Shown here piece after piece: positions 39,901 through 51,672 of a stretch of DNA of 64,000 nt; the first letter of the stretch is position 1; each line of letters opens with the position of its first letter. Origin of the DNA: Gnetum montanum (lineage: Eukaryota; Plantae; Gnetophyta); contig MNCI01000614.1 of the NCBI GenBank assembly GCA_015680685.1, positions 370,825-434,824 of the forward strand, in the 5' to 3' direction. The notes below the pieces were generated by a model. The model was not told where the DNA came from. It saw only the letters and a program-made list of their open reading frames with translations, and made no database searches. Made by a program: the position numbers and the translations under genes.

Positions 39901-40344
39901 CTTTGTGATTTCATCACGAACTACTAGGGCCAAATTATGTGTAATATTATAGAATGTTTCCTTAATTGGTCTAATGCTAGGGTCAAGTATGATGTTCTGC
40001 TACACTAGGCATTGGTATAGGCCTAGCATATCTTCATATGACTAGGTAAAGGACTTAATGTTGTATTATAGGACACTGGTAATGTCTTAAGCCCATTGAG
40101 GTTCTAGTCAAGAACTTAATTTTAGCATTTTCTCCTCACCACTATGTGTTGTGATAGGGACCTCAACCAGAGAATATTTGGTTGTGTCTCTTGCCTCTAG
40201 ATGAAAGGTCTTAATTAGGTTCTTATGCCATTCTAGAGGTTTCTCTATTGAGGCTATGTTCTCAACAAGACTCTTAGGCTCAAGATCATGATAATCATGG
40301 TCAATACACCACTTAACATCCCCATGAGGTCCATGTAGGCACAA
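36914..40344 (-). pseudogene. pol: pol of Tat copy C: RT - RNase H - archaeal-type RNase H - integrase
   Basis: RT: VSNIMVVPKKNGSICI, MPFGLKNVGETYKRAM, DYIDS (decayed YxDD). RH: CHEAFENLKKEL..PIYYL. aRH: MYFYGAS..FPCTKNIVNYEGLI..IKGDSKL. INT: GLDIIGPI..YFTKWVE, SSPYYP*ANG. Ends YLKSYYR*. Confidence 0.92.
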
Positions 40345-41239
40345 AGAAAAACTAATATGCTTCTAGATAGTCATACTTTAATCTTGAATGTCAACCAAAA
40401 GCATAGCAAGTGGCACATAGGTAGAAATGCATAAATAATGTTAAAATACTGTGATATCATGCAAACACATGTTATTCTAATGTTGAATATAATATAATCA
40501 AGGTTATCCAAGGCCATGGGAAGGTAGAAACAAGCAAAAATAATGGAAACAAGGTCAAATAAAGGTTTAAAAGACACAAATAAGATTAATAAATGGGTAG
40601 AAAAGGTTATGACCTTGCCAGTTTTAGGCCTTGATAGGCCATGGTGCCACAGTACCAGTGCTAGTTAGGGAAAGCCAAAATGAACTACCCAACATCAATC
40701 TAAGGCTAAACAAAGGTCCAAAAGGCTATAATAAAGAAAATAAAGGGAACATAAGGATACATAAAGTTATATAGGGAACTTATGATGGCCAAGCAAGTCA
40801 ATGATGAAAAACAAGGCAAAAAACAAGTCAAAACATCGTGACATAGGGTCACGTCAAGAAACATGGAATGCATGAGATAAAGATTGGCTAATTTCGATCA
40901 AATAGGAATAGAGTTTTCTACATTTAGGCCTTAGAAAGCCATGATATGGGGCTACAAGGTTGCTAGGAGAGTTTGGGCACATGAGGGGGTCATGTTGGGG
41001 TTGTTTTAAGGAAAATTAGCACTTTTTAATATGATTACATTGTGTTCTATTGGTGAATGCATTGGCCCAAAATAGTCCTAACTTCTCAAGTGTAGTCAAC
41101 ATTCAAATGTAGTTTTCTAGGCTTAGTATGGTGACTTTTAGGTTTCCAGTGGTCTAAATAGCTAGTGCAAGGATGGGTATTGAAGATTGAAAACTTTTGA
41201 CACTATTTTAGCTTCCCAGAAGGCTAAACAAACATAATC

Positions 41240-43780
41240 CCAGATATGACTATGCTAGGCTAGTAGGCCTTAGCATAGTCACATGGAATCACCAATTTTA
41301 TCAGGTTTCTAGAGTTAAAACGAAGTGCAATTATAGCTAGGAGGAATGGGGGTAGGGTTATGGTTATTTTGTGTTAGTTTTAGGTCATTTTGAGCTGTTT
41401 ACTATTGATTTTTATTGCCACATTTCCCCCTCCCATTGGGACTAAATTAGCCTAGTGTAGTCACCACCTTCTTTAATGTAGTCTTGCAAAAAATGAATTT
41501 TGATGAGTTTTGAAGCTTAATTAACCATGCTAATGGGCTTATGAGGCCATTGGTGTTGCCGGCTAGGGTTTTAGTGTTAAAATTTCTCATTTTCATGTCT
41601 ATTTGGATCTTTGATCATCAAATACCATGGGACTACATTGGGCATATAGTTCCCAATGTAGTTAAGGAATTTGGATGGAAAGATGATGGAAAAGAGTGAA
41701 GTTTGTCTTATTTACAAAGGTTTGAAGGTCTATGCATGCTCCAAAAAAGTTTTGGGTCTTTCCAAGAATCAATTTTAGAAGCTTTTGGGAAATTTTAATG
41801 ATTCTCAAGTGGAATACGCTAGGCCTTGGTAGGGACTATTGTGGTCCAACATAGTTTCAAATTTCTCCAGCATAATCAAGTTTCAAAACTTATAAAATAT
41901 TACTTTTATTACCAAATTGACTTTAGTTGATTTCAAAACTTCTAAAAGTGAATTCTAAGTAATTATGGACAAGTTTTTGGAAAATTTAGATGAACTACAG
42001 CTCAACCTATGTAAGGACTACATTGGCTTAGTGTAGTCCCAATTTCCTTCAGCATGTTTGTGATGGTTAAAATTGATAAGAAAAGGTATATATCATGGCC
42101 AAATAGGCTCCGATGAGGTTCTAGGGTTCATCAAAAATGAATTTTCTATCATATTAATCAATCTTAGGCAATTGGAAGTGGACTACACTAGGGCTTGAGA
42201 TGGACTATGCTGGACTGCCATAGTCCCATTCCTCCTTGGCATAGTTGGATTATGTTTGTTCAAAAATGATGAAATTTGACTCAAATCCAAGGTCTGATGC
42301 TTCTAATGTGTCTTGTCAAGTATCTAAAATTTAAAATGACATTCTGCTAGTTAAATTAAACTTGGTTTAAACCCCAAAATGTGGACTACATTGGCCTCCT
42401 ACTAAAACTATGTTGGCCATGCATGGTCCTCTCAATCTTCAATGTAGTCACACTTTGGCATAGAAAATGTGGATTTATATGATTAAAATCAGCTTTGAAA
42501 AGATCCTAGGATTTATTAGTAGTAGAGTTAGGTCATTTTTGGCTATTTTTCATGAATTTTTTATCGACTACATTGAGCTTTGGCAATGACTACATTGGCC
42601 CAACATAGTCCCACCTTTCTCGAGCGTAGTTAAGGTGGTGATGATTAAAAAGTGAAAATGGAGATTTTGGTAGTCAAACAAGCTTAGATAGGGTTTTAAG
42701 GCTTGTAAAAATTAGATTTAATTCATATTTAATAAATTTCAACTAGTTTTTTATGGACTACATTGGGCTCTGGAAGGGACTATGTTGGCCTAGTTTAGTC
42801 CCAATTCTCCTCTATGTAGTTAGGATTATCATGGTTAAAAATGAAGAAAAATTACAAGTTTTGTTGTCAAAAAGCCTCAAATAAGGTTCTAGGATTTACT
42901 AAAGGTATATTTTCATGGTTTCTTGATGGATTTTAGCAACTTTGGATGGACTACACTGGCCTAGTAGAGTCCAAGTCTTCCATTAGACTAGTTGAGGTTG
43001 GGGATGTAAAAAATCAAAAAATATGATAAGGTTCATATCAATCTTTAGCTCTGTTGGATTTTAGGTTTCTAGGGAGGTGAGAAGAACTAGGAAATGAGTT
43101 ATTTGAAGCTTCCTAGATGGAATACACCAACCATCTCTAGTGACTACACTAGCCTAGCATAGTCACTCTTGGGAAATGGTGTTTGGATTAAGAAAAGTCA
43201 AAAACTTGCTTCCATTCCTAGTCTGGCATGGTTTTGAGATCTCTAAAGATGGATTGGGACTTATGACTAATGGATTTATGGATTTTAAGTGGACTATAGT
43301 GGGAACCTACTAGGACAACACTAGCTCAAGAAAGTCCCCTTAGTCTCTAGTGTAGTCCCATGTGGAAGCATAGATTTATGGATTTTCTTTGAGTCTTTAG
43401 TTGATTGGTCAATAGTTTTAGGTTACTAGGGGTACTCAAAAGGTGTGGAGGTTTCGAGATGTAGTGTTAGAGGTTTTTGATCATCTGCATAACCCCTTTG
43501 ATCCTTAAACCTTGGGAGTACATTAGGCCAACATAGTCCCTGGGTTCCCCAGCATAGTCATGGGAAAGAGGGAAAAGTGGCACCATTTGTTGCATTTGAC
43601 CATGTTTTAGGCCTACTAAGAGCATAGACTAGGATTTAGAGAGATGGGCTGGCTATTCAGAGTTGAATGAAGGTTGGATGGAATGGATGGTATATTGTGG
43701 ATTGAATGGAAGCAAGATGTCTTACTAGACTATGCTGGGCTAGCGTTGTCCATCCTCAAGGTCAACATAGTCCTATGTTA
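41240..43780. repeat. Spaced array of nested inverted-motif clusters (GACTAYRYTRG / CYARYRTAGTC) in copy C
   Basis: About 14 clusters near 41250, 41450, 41630, 41820, 42000, 42180, 42385, 42565, 42755, 42950, 43120, 43290, 43520 and 43730; e.g. ggactacattggcttagtgtagtcc at 42015. Confidence 0.8.
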
Positions 43781-44342
43781 ATCAAGTTTTCCATATGAAT
43801 TTTGGAGGTTCTTGTAATCCCATTCATTACATATGTCAATACTTTCTTACTTGGTTTTTTTGGAAGGTCTTATCATGGCTAGGGATTGGGTTTTGGTAGA
43901 TGGATAGGAATTCGTATGAAGCAAGGTTTCCATAAGCTTCGAGCTCTATGTAGTCAAGCCTTATGGGCAAAATTGTTAGCATAGTCATAGTATTAACTTG
44001 CTTGCCTAGTGCCCTATGGAACCCACATGAAATTAGCAAGTTTAAATATTTTCATAACCTAGCTTAGTCTTTAGTTTCCAATTTCATCTCCAAATGAAGT
44101 GAAGTTGCACATGGAAACTAGGGTTTTGGTGTTGGCTCTTAGGTTTTAAGTGAGTTTTAGGGGGAAAATTTTGTAGAAATCATTATTCTCTCATATTTTC
44201 TTTGTTGTGCACAAGTTGGAGATCTTTTACTATCCTATTACCCATCCTTAGTGTAGTCAAGGATTTTCATACCAATAGTGCCAATGTAGTTACTTCAGGA
44301 TTGTCAGAACTCCATAGTTTTTTTTCATTCTCTGCATCAACC

Positions 44343-47300
44343 ATGAACAAGAAGGTGCTCATGAAGAATTCCACATTGGATGAGGTAAAGGAAGATGCAT
44401 AGGACTTATCACAGCTACCTTGTTCAAGGATTGGAGAAGGTGTTCCACTATTTATCCTAGGTACACATTTCTTACTAGTATTTTCACTTTTCCATTTATT
44501 TTATTTTTGGGGTTTTCTTTCTTTTCTCATATATAGGCTTGTGTATTCATTATTTTGAGATTTTGTAAAACTACCACCATATATCTAGTCAATTTTTATT
44601 CATTTTCAATGTTATTTGGGCTTTGGAGTTTGGTTGCATTAAATTTTAAATTCTTTTTCCATGATTTCCATGGCTATTTTGCTTTTTCTGCCAAAAAAAG
44701 CAATGCCACTTTTGAATTTTTTTTCTAACTAAATGACTAGGTTTTTAAATTTTCTAAGTCCATGAGGTTATTTTCTATCATGTTTTAGTGAACAATAGTT
44801 TTAAACCACCAAATTGTTCCTAATAGTTAATTTTCTATGGCTATTTCCGTTAGGCTGCATCAAGTCATGGTATGGGTTTGTATTTAATAGTTAATTTTCT
44901 AATGGTTCATGAAATTTCAAAATTTATGGTATGGGTTTGTATTTAATATTTCAAGGATTCCAACAAACTTTTAATCATTTAATTTTAAAAAATGTTTTGA
45001 CTTTTATTTTCATTTTCGTGAGCTCGTGCGAAATACGTTTCCAGCATGATGACCACAATTAGATCAATTTGGTAATTTTTTGTGAAAATATGCTTAATAA
45101 TTTTATTAGTTTATTATTATGAAGTTGTATTTCATGAATTCATGATTCCAATGGATATGGAATCATTTAATTTACTTAATTAGTTACTTTGTTATGGCCA
45201 TTTTTGTACAATCATGCAAAATCGTAGTTATAAGGTTGTTATGCATTTACCCCTATGAAGATGGGCAATGTTGAGATTGTGAAAAGTTTTTTCCTTAAAC
45301 ATCCCATGATCTTGGGGATATTTTTGGATGTTGGAAAGGGGTTGGAAGTGGTCTAGATAAAAAGAAATTTTTTTTCATATTTTTTAAGTGTTTTCCTATG
45401 GCTATTTTGGTATTAAATTGTAAATCTTGGTTGAATCCTGGTTATAGACTGGTTGTATTTTGGGTTTTTTTCTAATTGTATAATTTAACATTGAAGTTAA
45501 AATTTTATTCTTACATTTTCATTTTCTAGTTTTTATCTCTAAACTATCAATTCCATGTTTTCAGTTGTAATCAATCATTATTGCAATTTTAGTGTTAAAA
45601 TATCATTTAATGTGAATTGTTTCAATTTTTTCTAAGTGTTGTTTACTATGTTTGATGGTTATAAGACTAAAAAAATAGGTGTAGTAGTTGTAATGTTATC
45701 TTTCTTCTAAATTTTATGTATTTTTTTTAATTTTAGGTTTTGCTTTGTATTGCTATAATAGTTGTGGTTGGATGTTATAGGACCTTCTTGAAGGCCATGC
45801 TCATGGTTATAGAGATGGTGTGGCTTTTATGATACATCCATATCCATGGGCCTAACACTCCAATTCTAGATATGGAGTGGGATCACCGTGTGATATGGTT
45901 TAGGCCAAGAGCCAAAGACTTCCTTGCCTATATTCTTAAGAACTTCAGTGTGATGGTTTGGTCACACTTGATGTTTGAATCTATAGTAGTGATTATACAG
46001 TCCATCCTACTTGGGTCCTATAGCTTTTATTATTAAGTTTACAATGGATGAACTTGATTCTTGTGCAGAGGGAGAGAGAAATGATGGCAATACCAATATG
46101 GATTCTCGCAAATTGTTAAAAATTTGGAAGATGCCTGAATTGAGTTAGTATAATGTGGATAATACTTTGATTGTTGGCCACCATGCTCATATATTTTTCC
46201 AAAACCCTCCAGGTACCATTTACCACATAGAGGGGTAAGTAAGGTTGCCTTTGGGTTTATGGTTACTTTCTTTTTTATGTGCTTAAGGTGTAATGATATT
46301 TTCATTGTTTCACTTTCCTAAAAGATCAAGACAGATAAGTGAGGCTTAATCAAAGGTGAGGACCTATTTTTCTTACCGTACATAGCTTTTAGAGGTGTTT
46401 ATAAAAAGCCCAAATGTATGGCTTGTGATAGTGGAGCAGTTGGAGGATGACTTTGAAGAAAGCATTAGATGCCATCCTAAGTCTTATAAGAGATGTCTAG
46501 AGAATGGGACAATAGATAGTTGGTGAGAAAACCCATCTCTTGATGACATAGAAGTAAATCCATCTTCTAGAACTCTTAAGATATCTAAATCATATATGCG
46601 AAGTAAGTGTATTTTTGATTTGTTGATTTCATGCTAATGTTTTTCTAGTTATGTAGTCATTAAGCTATTTTGGTTTTGGCTATCTAAGTAGTTATATTGG
46701 TTTTGTTTTGTCTTGGCTATATTTTTATTGTAATTTATTTTACACAATGCACCTATGCTAAGTCTAACAAGCTATTCCTCATGTTTGGTGAGGTGGAATC
46801 CTCACAAGATTGGTTGATGGATCAGGAACCTAATGCTACAAGTGTGAGGATTATTCATGTGGGCCTATTTGACCTCTTCATGGCCCCAAGCCTGATCATT
46901 TCCACTACAGAGATGTTGAACATTATTAACTCTTTAGCAAAGGAGTCAAGAAGTTTTTCATTCATGTTCATAGTGTGATTTTTATTTTAGACATTACTGT
47001 GTCCACCTTTATTAATCTCTATGGTGTTCCAAATGATCGTATTCTAGTAATATCCAAAGCAGGGAGGGAAGTGAACCATTGTGGTACCAAGGGGTACTCT
47101 CTAAAATAGATAAAGTTACCATTGATTAGAGAAACGTATTTCTTGTTCTACTCCTAGGCATTTCCTAAGTTGTTATTATAGGGAAATATGCTTGACATAG
47201 AGCAAGGTTGGACCATGAAGTAGGTACTCTCAGAGGATGCTTGATTCAACTAGGCTACACACTTGATTTCTAAGCTACAATGGGAGATCCAAAAGCTTTG

Positions 47301-48865
47301 CAACAATCTCATCACAAAGTGCCATGTGCACTTCACACTTTTTGTATCTTATTTAAGGAGGGTGTTAGAGTTCCTAGTGGTGAGGAAGGGTGGGTGATGG
47401 ATTACCCAAGATCCATCCCAGCTCACCAAACCTTGGGTGAAGCTCCTTGCTCTAAGCATGTAGGCCAAAGACCTGCTAGAAGCCATGGGTGACTCACTAT
47501 CTATCACTACCAAGGGAATTAGTGGTAGGCAATATAAGGGCAAGGCCTCTTGCTTTTCTAGGTAACAATAAAAGGATCCAATGATTATACACTAAAGCTA
47601 ACAAGATAGCTAGGGCAAAGCTTAAGAAGCCCATAATTGAAGTAACATTGCTAGTGATCGCGGAGCCTTTGAAGAAGGGAAAGTTAACCATCAAGCTTAG
47701 AGATGTGGACCATGATGTTAGAGGTATGTGTTATTTTAGTTTCCTTTTTTAGTTATTGTTTTAAATTAGTTTAATGTTTCCTTTTAGGAAAAATTTGCTA
47801 ATTTTTTCTATGCTTTATAATTATTGTTCTTTCATATAAGTAACAGGAATAGAAAGCCATGGCCATAGTTGTAGTAGCTAAGGAGGAGTGAAGGAGTAAG
47901 GAAAAGGGGAAACTACAATGTTGAGAAGAGAAAATATTTAAAAATTATGAGGATGAGGCATTACAATAGCAAGTGAATAAGGGTTTATCCCCTCCTCCCA
48001 TAGGCCATTTCTATGCCTTATTCAGGACTGAGCAACTAGGTGATTTGCCTACCTTCTCATTAGATGGTGCACAAGGTATTAATCATTTTTGGTTTTATGT
48101 TTCATTGGATATTTTTTGACCTTGGACATAGTTGTTGATTGTTTTTTATACTTCTTGTAGGTTCAAAGTCCCAAGCTAAAGCTTCTAGGTCCACCTTCCA
48201 CATGAAACCATGGGTGGATACCCCTAATAAATTTGAATTTATGTAGGGTGTCACTGAAGACATGATTAGCTGGTTGCATCAAATAGCTCATAAAATTCCT
48301 AAGAGTTCTAGATTATTGTTCCTTTATTATTTATATGGGTTTCCATGGCTATGAATTTTTTGTTATATTTTTTTTTAATTACTAATTTTTTTTATTATTT
48401 TTTTGATTTTTGTTTTCCTATGTTGGTTATAGTGCCTAAATTGAGATTAGATCTTGACCAACTAGTGGAGGTTTTTACATTGCCTCTTTTAACTCTTAAT
48501 TTAGATAATGTCCCATGAAAGCTATATGAGGATGTCACTAGATGTGCACTCTCATGTGCTAAGTCTTTAAGAGAATGTAGGTTCTCCAACAAGTTCCTAT
48601 GGGAACAAGTTGTAGCATTGAAAAAGGAAAACACATAGTTGAAAGTGGAGGTAAAGGATAGAAGAGATCACAAGGATTTTATGGAGGCCCAAGTGACCAA
48701 CAAGGACTCCTTACGCATAAAGGAGATAACTTTTATTCATTATTGGAATGTGTGTTGTTTACTAATTGATTTTGTGTTGTCATGTCATAGGCACCATATG
48801 ATGATAGTGGCCCCAGCGATGATGGTGAAGATGATCCCCCACCTCCTCCTATAGATGCTACTTAG
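44343..48865 (+). pseudogene. Antisense multi-exon cargo gene of copy C
   Basis: Approximate exons: 44343-44460, 45737-46234, 46325-46602, 46750-47723, 47846-48075, 48161-48290, 48433-48725, 48791-48865, separated by T-rich introns, most with GT/AG ends. Peptides WFRPRAKDFLAYILKNFSVMVWS and RKLLKIWKMPELS*YNVDNTLIVGHHAHIFFQNPPGTIY; ends DGEDDPPPPPIDAT*. Confidence 0.77.
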
Positions 48866-49148
48866 TTCCATAACCTACCTTTCAGTTTTAGTTGTTTTTT
48901 TTTTTCATGTTTATGATGATGTATGGCTAGTGTTAGCTAAAACAATTTATTGTTTGGACATTTTTGCCACATTATGTGTTTATGATTAAGATGTTATGAA
49001 CATTTTAATTTTAATTTTAATCTTAAGTTTCATTTTTAATTATAGTTATAATGTTATAGCATTTTGGTTTTCTTCATGCTATAGTTTTATGTTGTAATCT
49101 ATGTTTTAGGTAATGTTAGCTTAACGTAGTTATAATGTGATAAAAGAT

Positions 49149-49591
49149 TGAAATGGCTAGGAAGCAAGGATATTTTAAATAATATGAGATCCTATTCATG
49201 TAATTATTATCCAATCCATGTTTAGGAGATCCCATATTAAAAAGATCCTTAAATATGATGATAAGGATCATTAATCTATTTTAAAGAAGAGATCCTATTC
49301 ATGTAATTCTTATCTAATCCATGTTTATGACATCCCATATTAAGAAGATCCTTAAATATGATGATAAGTATCATCCCCATGATTTCTAAGATTCATACTT
49401 ATCTCTCCAAATCTATTCTTGGGAGATCAAGGCCTATATAATTGTAGTAGCACATATTCAATCACAATAGAAAAAAATAATACAGAAAACATACAGAATT
49501 TAAAAAGCTTAACAAGAGTGTTCTTGTTCTAACAAAGTTCTTTATTTCCTTTAAGCTTAGTTCATAGATCCAAGGTCCTTTAGAATTTTCA
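49149..49591 (+). mobile_element. Solo LTR (443 bp) of an unrelated family
   Basis: Termini TGAAA..TTTCA; flanks AAGAT/AAGAG (4/5 TSD match); TATA-like cctatataa near 49433; internal 103-bp-period duplication (49186, 49289). Absent from the matching region of A and B. Confidence 0.7.
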
Positions 49592-49884
49592 AAGAGAAAA
49601 TATTTTTTAAAGTTATTTTTATGTTTTAAAAAATTTAAGGATTTTTTGACTTTAAATTTTTAAGAGGTTTTTCTCTTTTCAAGAAAAAAGAAAAGCTTTA
49701 AAAGTAAAAGCATGTAAACCAAAGTAGACTTTAAACTATAGGTAAACTTAAATTCAACATAAAGAAAGAAAGAAAAAATGAGATAACATGAAAAACTAAA
49801 GCAAAAACTAGGCTATTAGGCTATAGGTACATATAATTACAAGGTTATAAGTGCATAGGATATAAGAAGGATCAAGAACATATA

Positions 49885-51672
49885 TGACTTGTACAAGTGT
49901 TTCATAATCTTCAAGAGATTAGGAAATGTACATGTTTTATTTTGCACCAATTTATATTTTCCATCCCCCTCACTAACAAAGTTGAAGGAGAGCTCTTCCC
50001 ATAGCACATCGATGGGTTCATCATTGTTCACTTCAGCCTCTCCTACTCTATCACCATTTTTGATTTTTGTGACAAATAGTAGGACTTTCTTCCTAAAACT
50101 CCACTTCGAACCCTTGTTCCATATTAACATTATTAACAACTAAAGGGACTACACTATTGTCATGGATAATGATTTCACCTCCCTAGTAAGATAGATGGAT
50201 TTCTTAGTGAAGAGGAGAAGACAAAACTCATAATTAAGCTTGCCAAGATCTTCCTAGGATGAGGTTGAATCCTAATGTTTCTTGTACCACCAATAAATCT
50301 ACCATTATGGAGAATTTCTCCCCTACCACAAAATCTATATAAATGGAGCCTTAAAGGATTTAATGGTTGAAGTCATCATATGTTGCATCTATTCAATGAT
50401 GGTATAATGTATGACGTTGATTGTCATATCATGATCTACATGTACTATATGTACTTTGTATTTTTTAACTTGTATGGTTATGAAGAGGGGTGCCTTGGTT
50501 ACCTTGCCATTTTGGGGGTTAATCTTGATTTCATTGTCGTGAAACACTAGCAATGTTGACTTCAATTCTCTATGTGATGAGGGTACCATCATTGCATGGA
50601 TAGACTCTTCATTAGTAGGGATGTCCTCACTAATGGGAATAGAGATCAACATCTTAATAAATGTTTTGCTATGGGTAGCAAAAGTCATGACCAAGTCCTA
50701 GAAGATCAAGGTGGTATTCTTTTACTTGAATAATTGTTTAACTTGTTCCATCACATAAGGAAGTCTTTCTTATTGATCATTGATTTGTTATTTTTGACTT
50801 CTTCCATATGACCTAAAATGCAAACTTCATATTTAGATTGTTGTTGTGGTTTAGTCTCTTTCCTTTCTTCTTGGGGTTTGGGTTCCACTTGTGGTTTACT
50901 TGTTGAAGCACCTTAGGTTATGAAAGTTATGGAAACAAATGAGATGGGAGTGGAATTTGGTAGGTCCACTTCCTTCCCTGACTTTGACTAGTTATCAATG
51001 TTATTCTTGGCCTTCTATGTAGCCTTATTTTGTTGTTTAGTTAGAGATTTCTTGTTATCCTTAATTGGTTGCAAGGAAGAAGACATTGCATTGGCCACCA
51101 TAGGGGGTTGTTGCTCTATTGTTGGGGAAGGTTGTGTTGTAGAGGGATGGGGCACATTGATGAAAAAAGGCTCCTTAGGGGGCTTTCATTATGGTACCCT
51201 TACAATAAAAAGGAATCTTGAACTAGTAGAAGCAAAAGAGTCCCTTTTGTTATGAGGGGATACCTAAAGCATGAATGGTTCCCTCACACACATTTGATTG
51301 TCATTGACATTAAACACTGATATAATGTATGAACTATTGTTGGTTTTCAATGGGTCCTTATATACCTACATCAACTAGTTTTGAGGCCTAATCAAGTTTG
51401 AGGTATCTAGTACTAGTTCACCCCTATCAATCATCTTTTGTAGGTCATCTTTAAGTGGAAGGAAAAAAATTTTATCATGACTTGAAAATTGATGATAATG
51501 ATAGAAGTAGTCGAGCTTAAAGTACATGGGAACTGGAGGATCATCCTTAGTTACTAGAGTAGGACCTTTTACTATTTCATATAACCTATCATGTCTCTTA
51601 CAAAAAATCTTAATCATTTGCTTGTATTGTATCCTACTACTCTTCAACAGTTGGTCTAGAATCTATGATGGC
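49885..51672 (-). pseudogene. gag: gag C-terminus and protease of Tat copy C
   Basis: ORF 51375-51647 (YFYHYHQFSSHDK..LKDDLQKMIDRGEL), ORF 50389-50694 (VHIVHVDHDMTINVI) and ORF 49837-50139, all homologous to A and B. Confidence 0.87.

Larger units (their letters stand above)
34298..51672 (-). mobile_element. Tat-lineage element, copy C (3' LTR, pol, motif array, antisense gene, protease and gag C-terminus; 5' part cut off by element 2)
   Basis: LTR 34298-35834, pol with an archaeal-type RNase H, and gag-protease homologous to A and B. Confidence 0.87.

Noticed and set aside
45013-45040. Small CpG-retaining quasi-palindrome (tttcgtgagctcgtgcgaaa) in intron 1
   Set aside because: Single, short and not evident in copy B; could be chance.
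45762-45782. LWLDVIG as an intact HAD motif I
   Set aside because: It is out of frame with the downstream RP..FL motif and is not conserved in copy B. The in-frame reading LMVIEMVWLL aligns with B.
44343-48865. Independent host gene caught in the nest
   Set aside because: Homologs occur at the same position and relative orientation in three diverged element copies, and they are as decayed as the elements.
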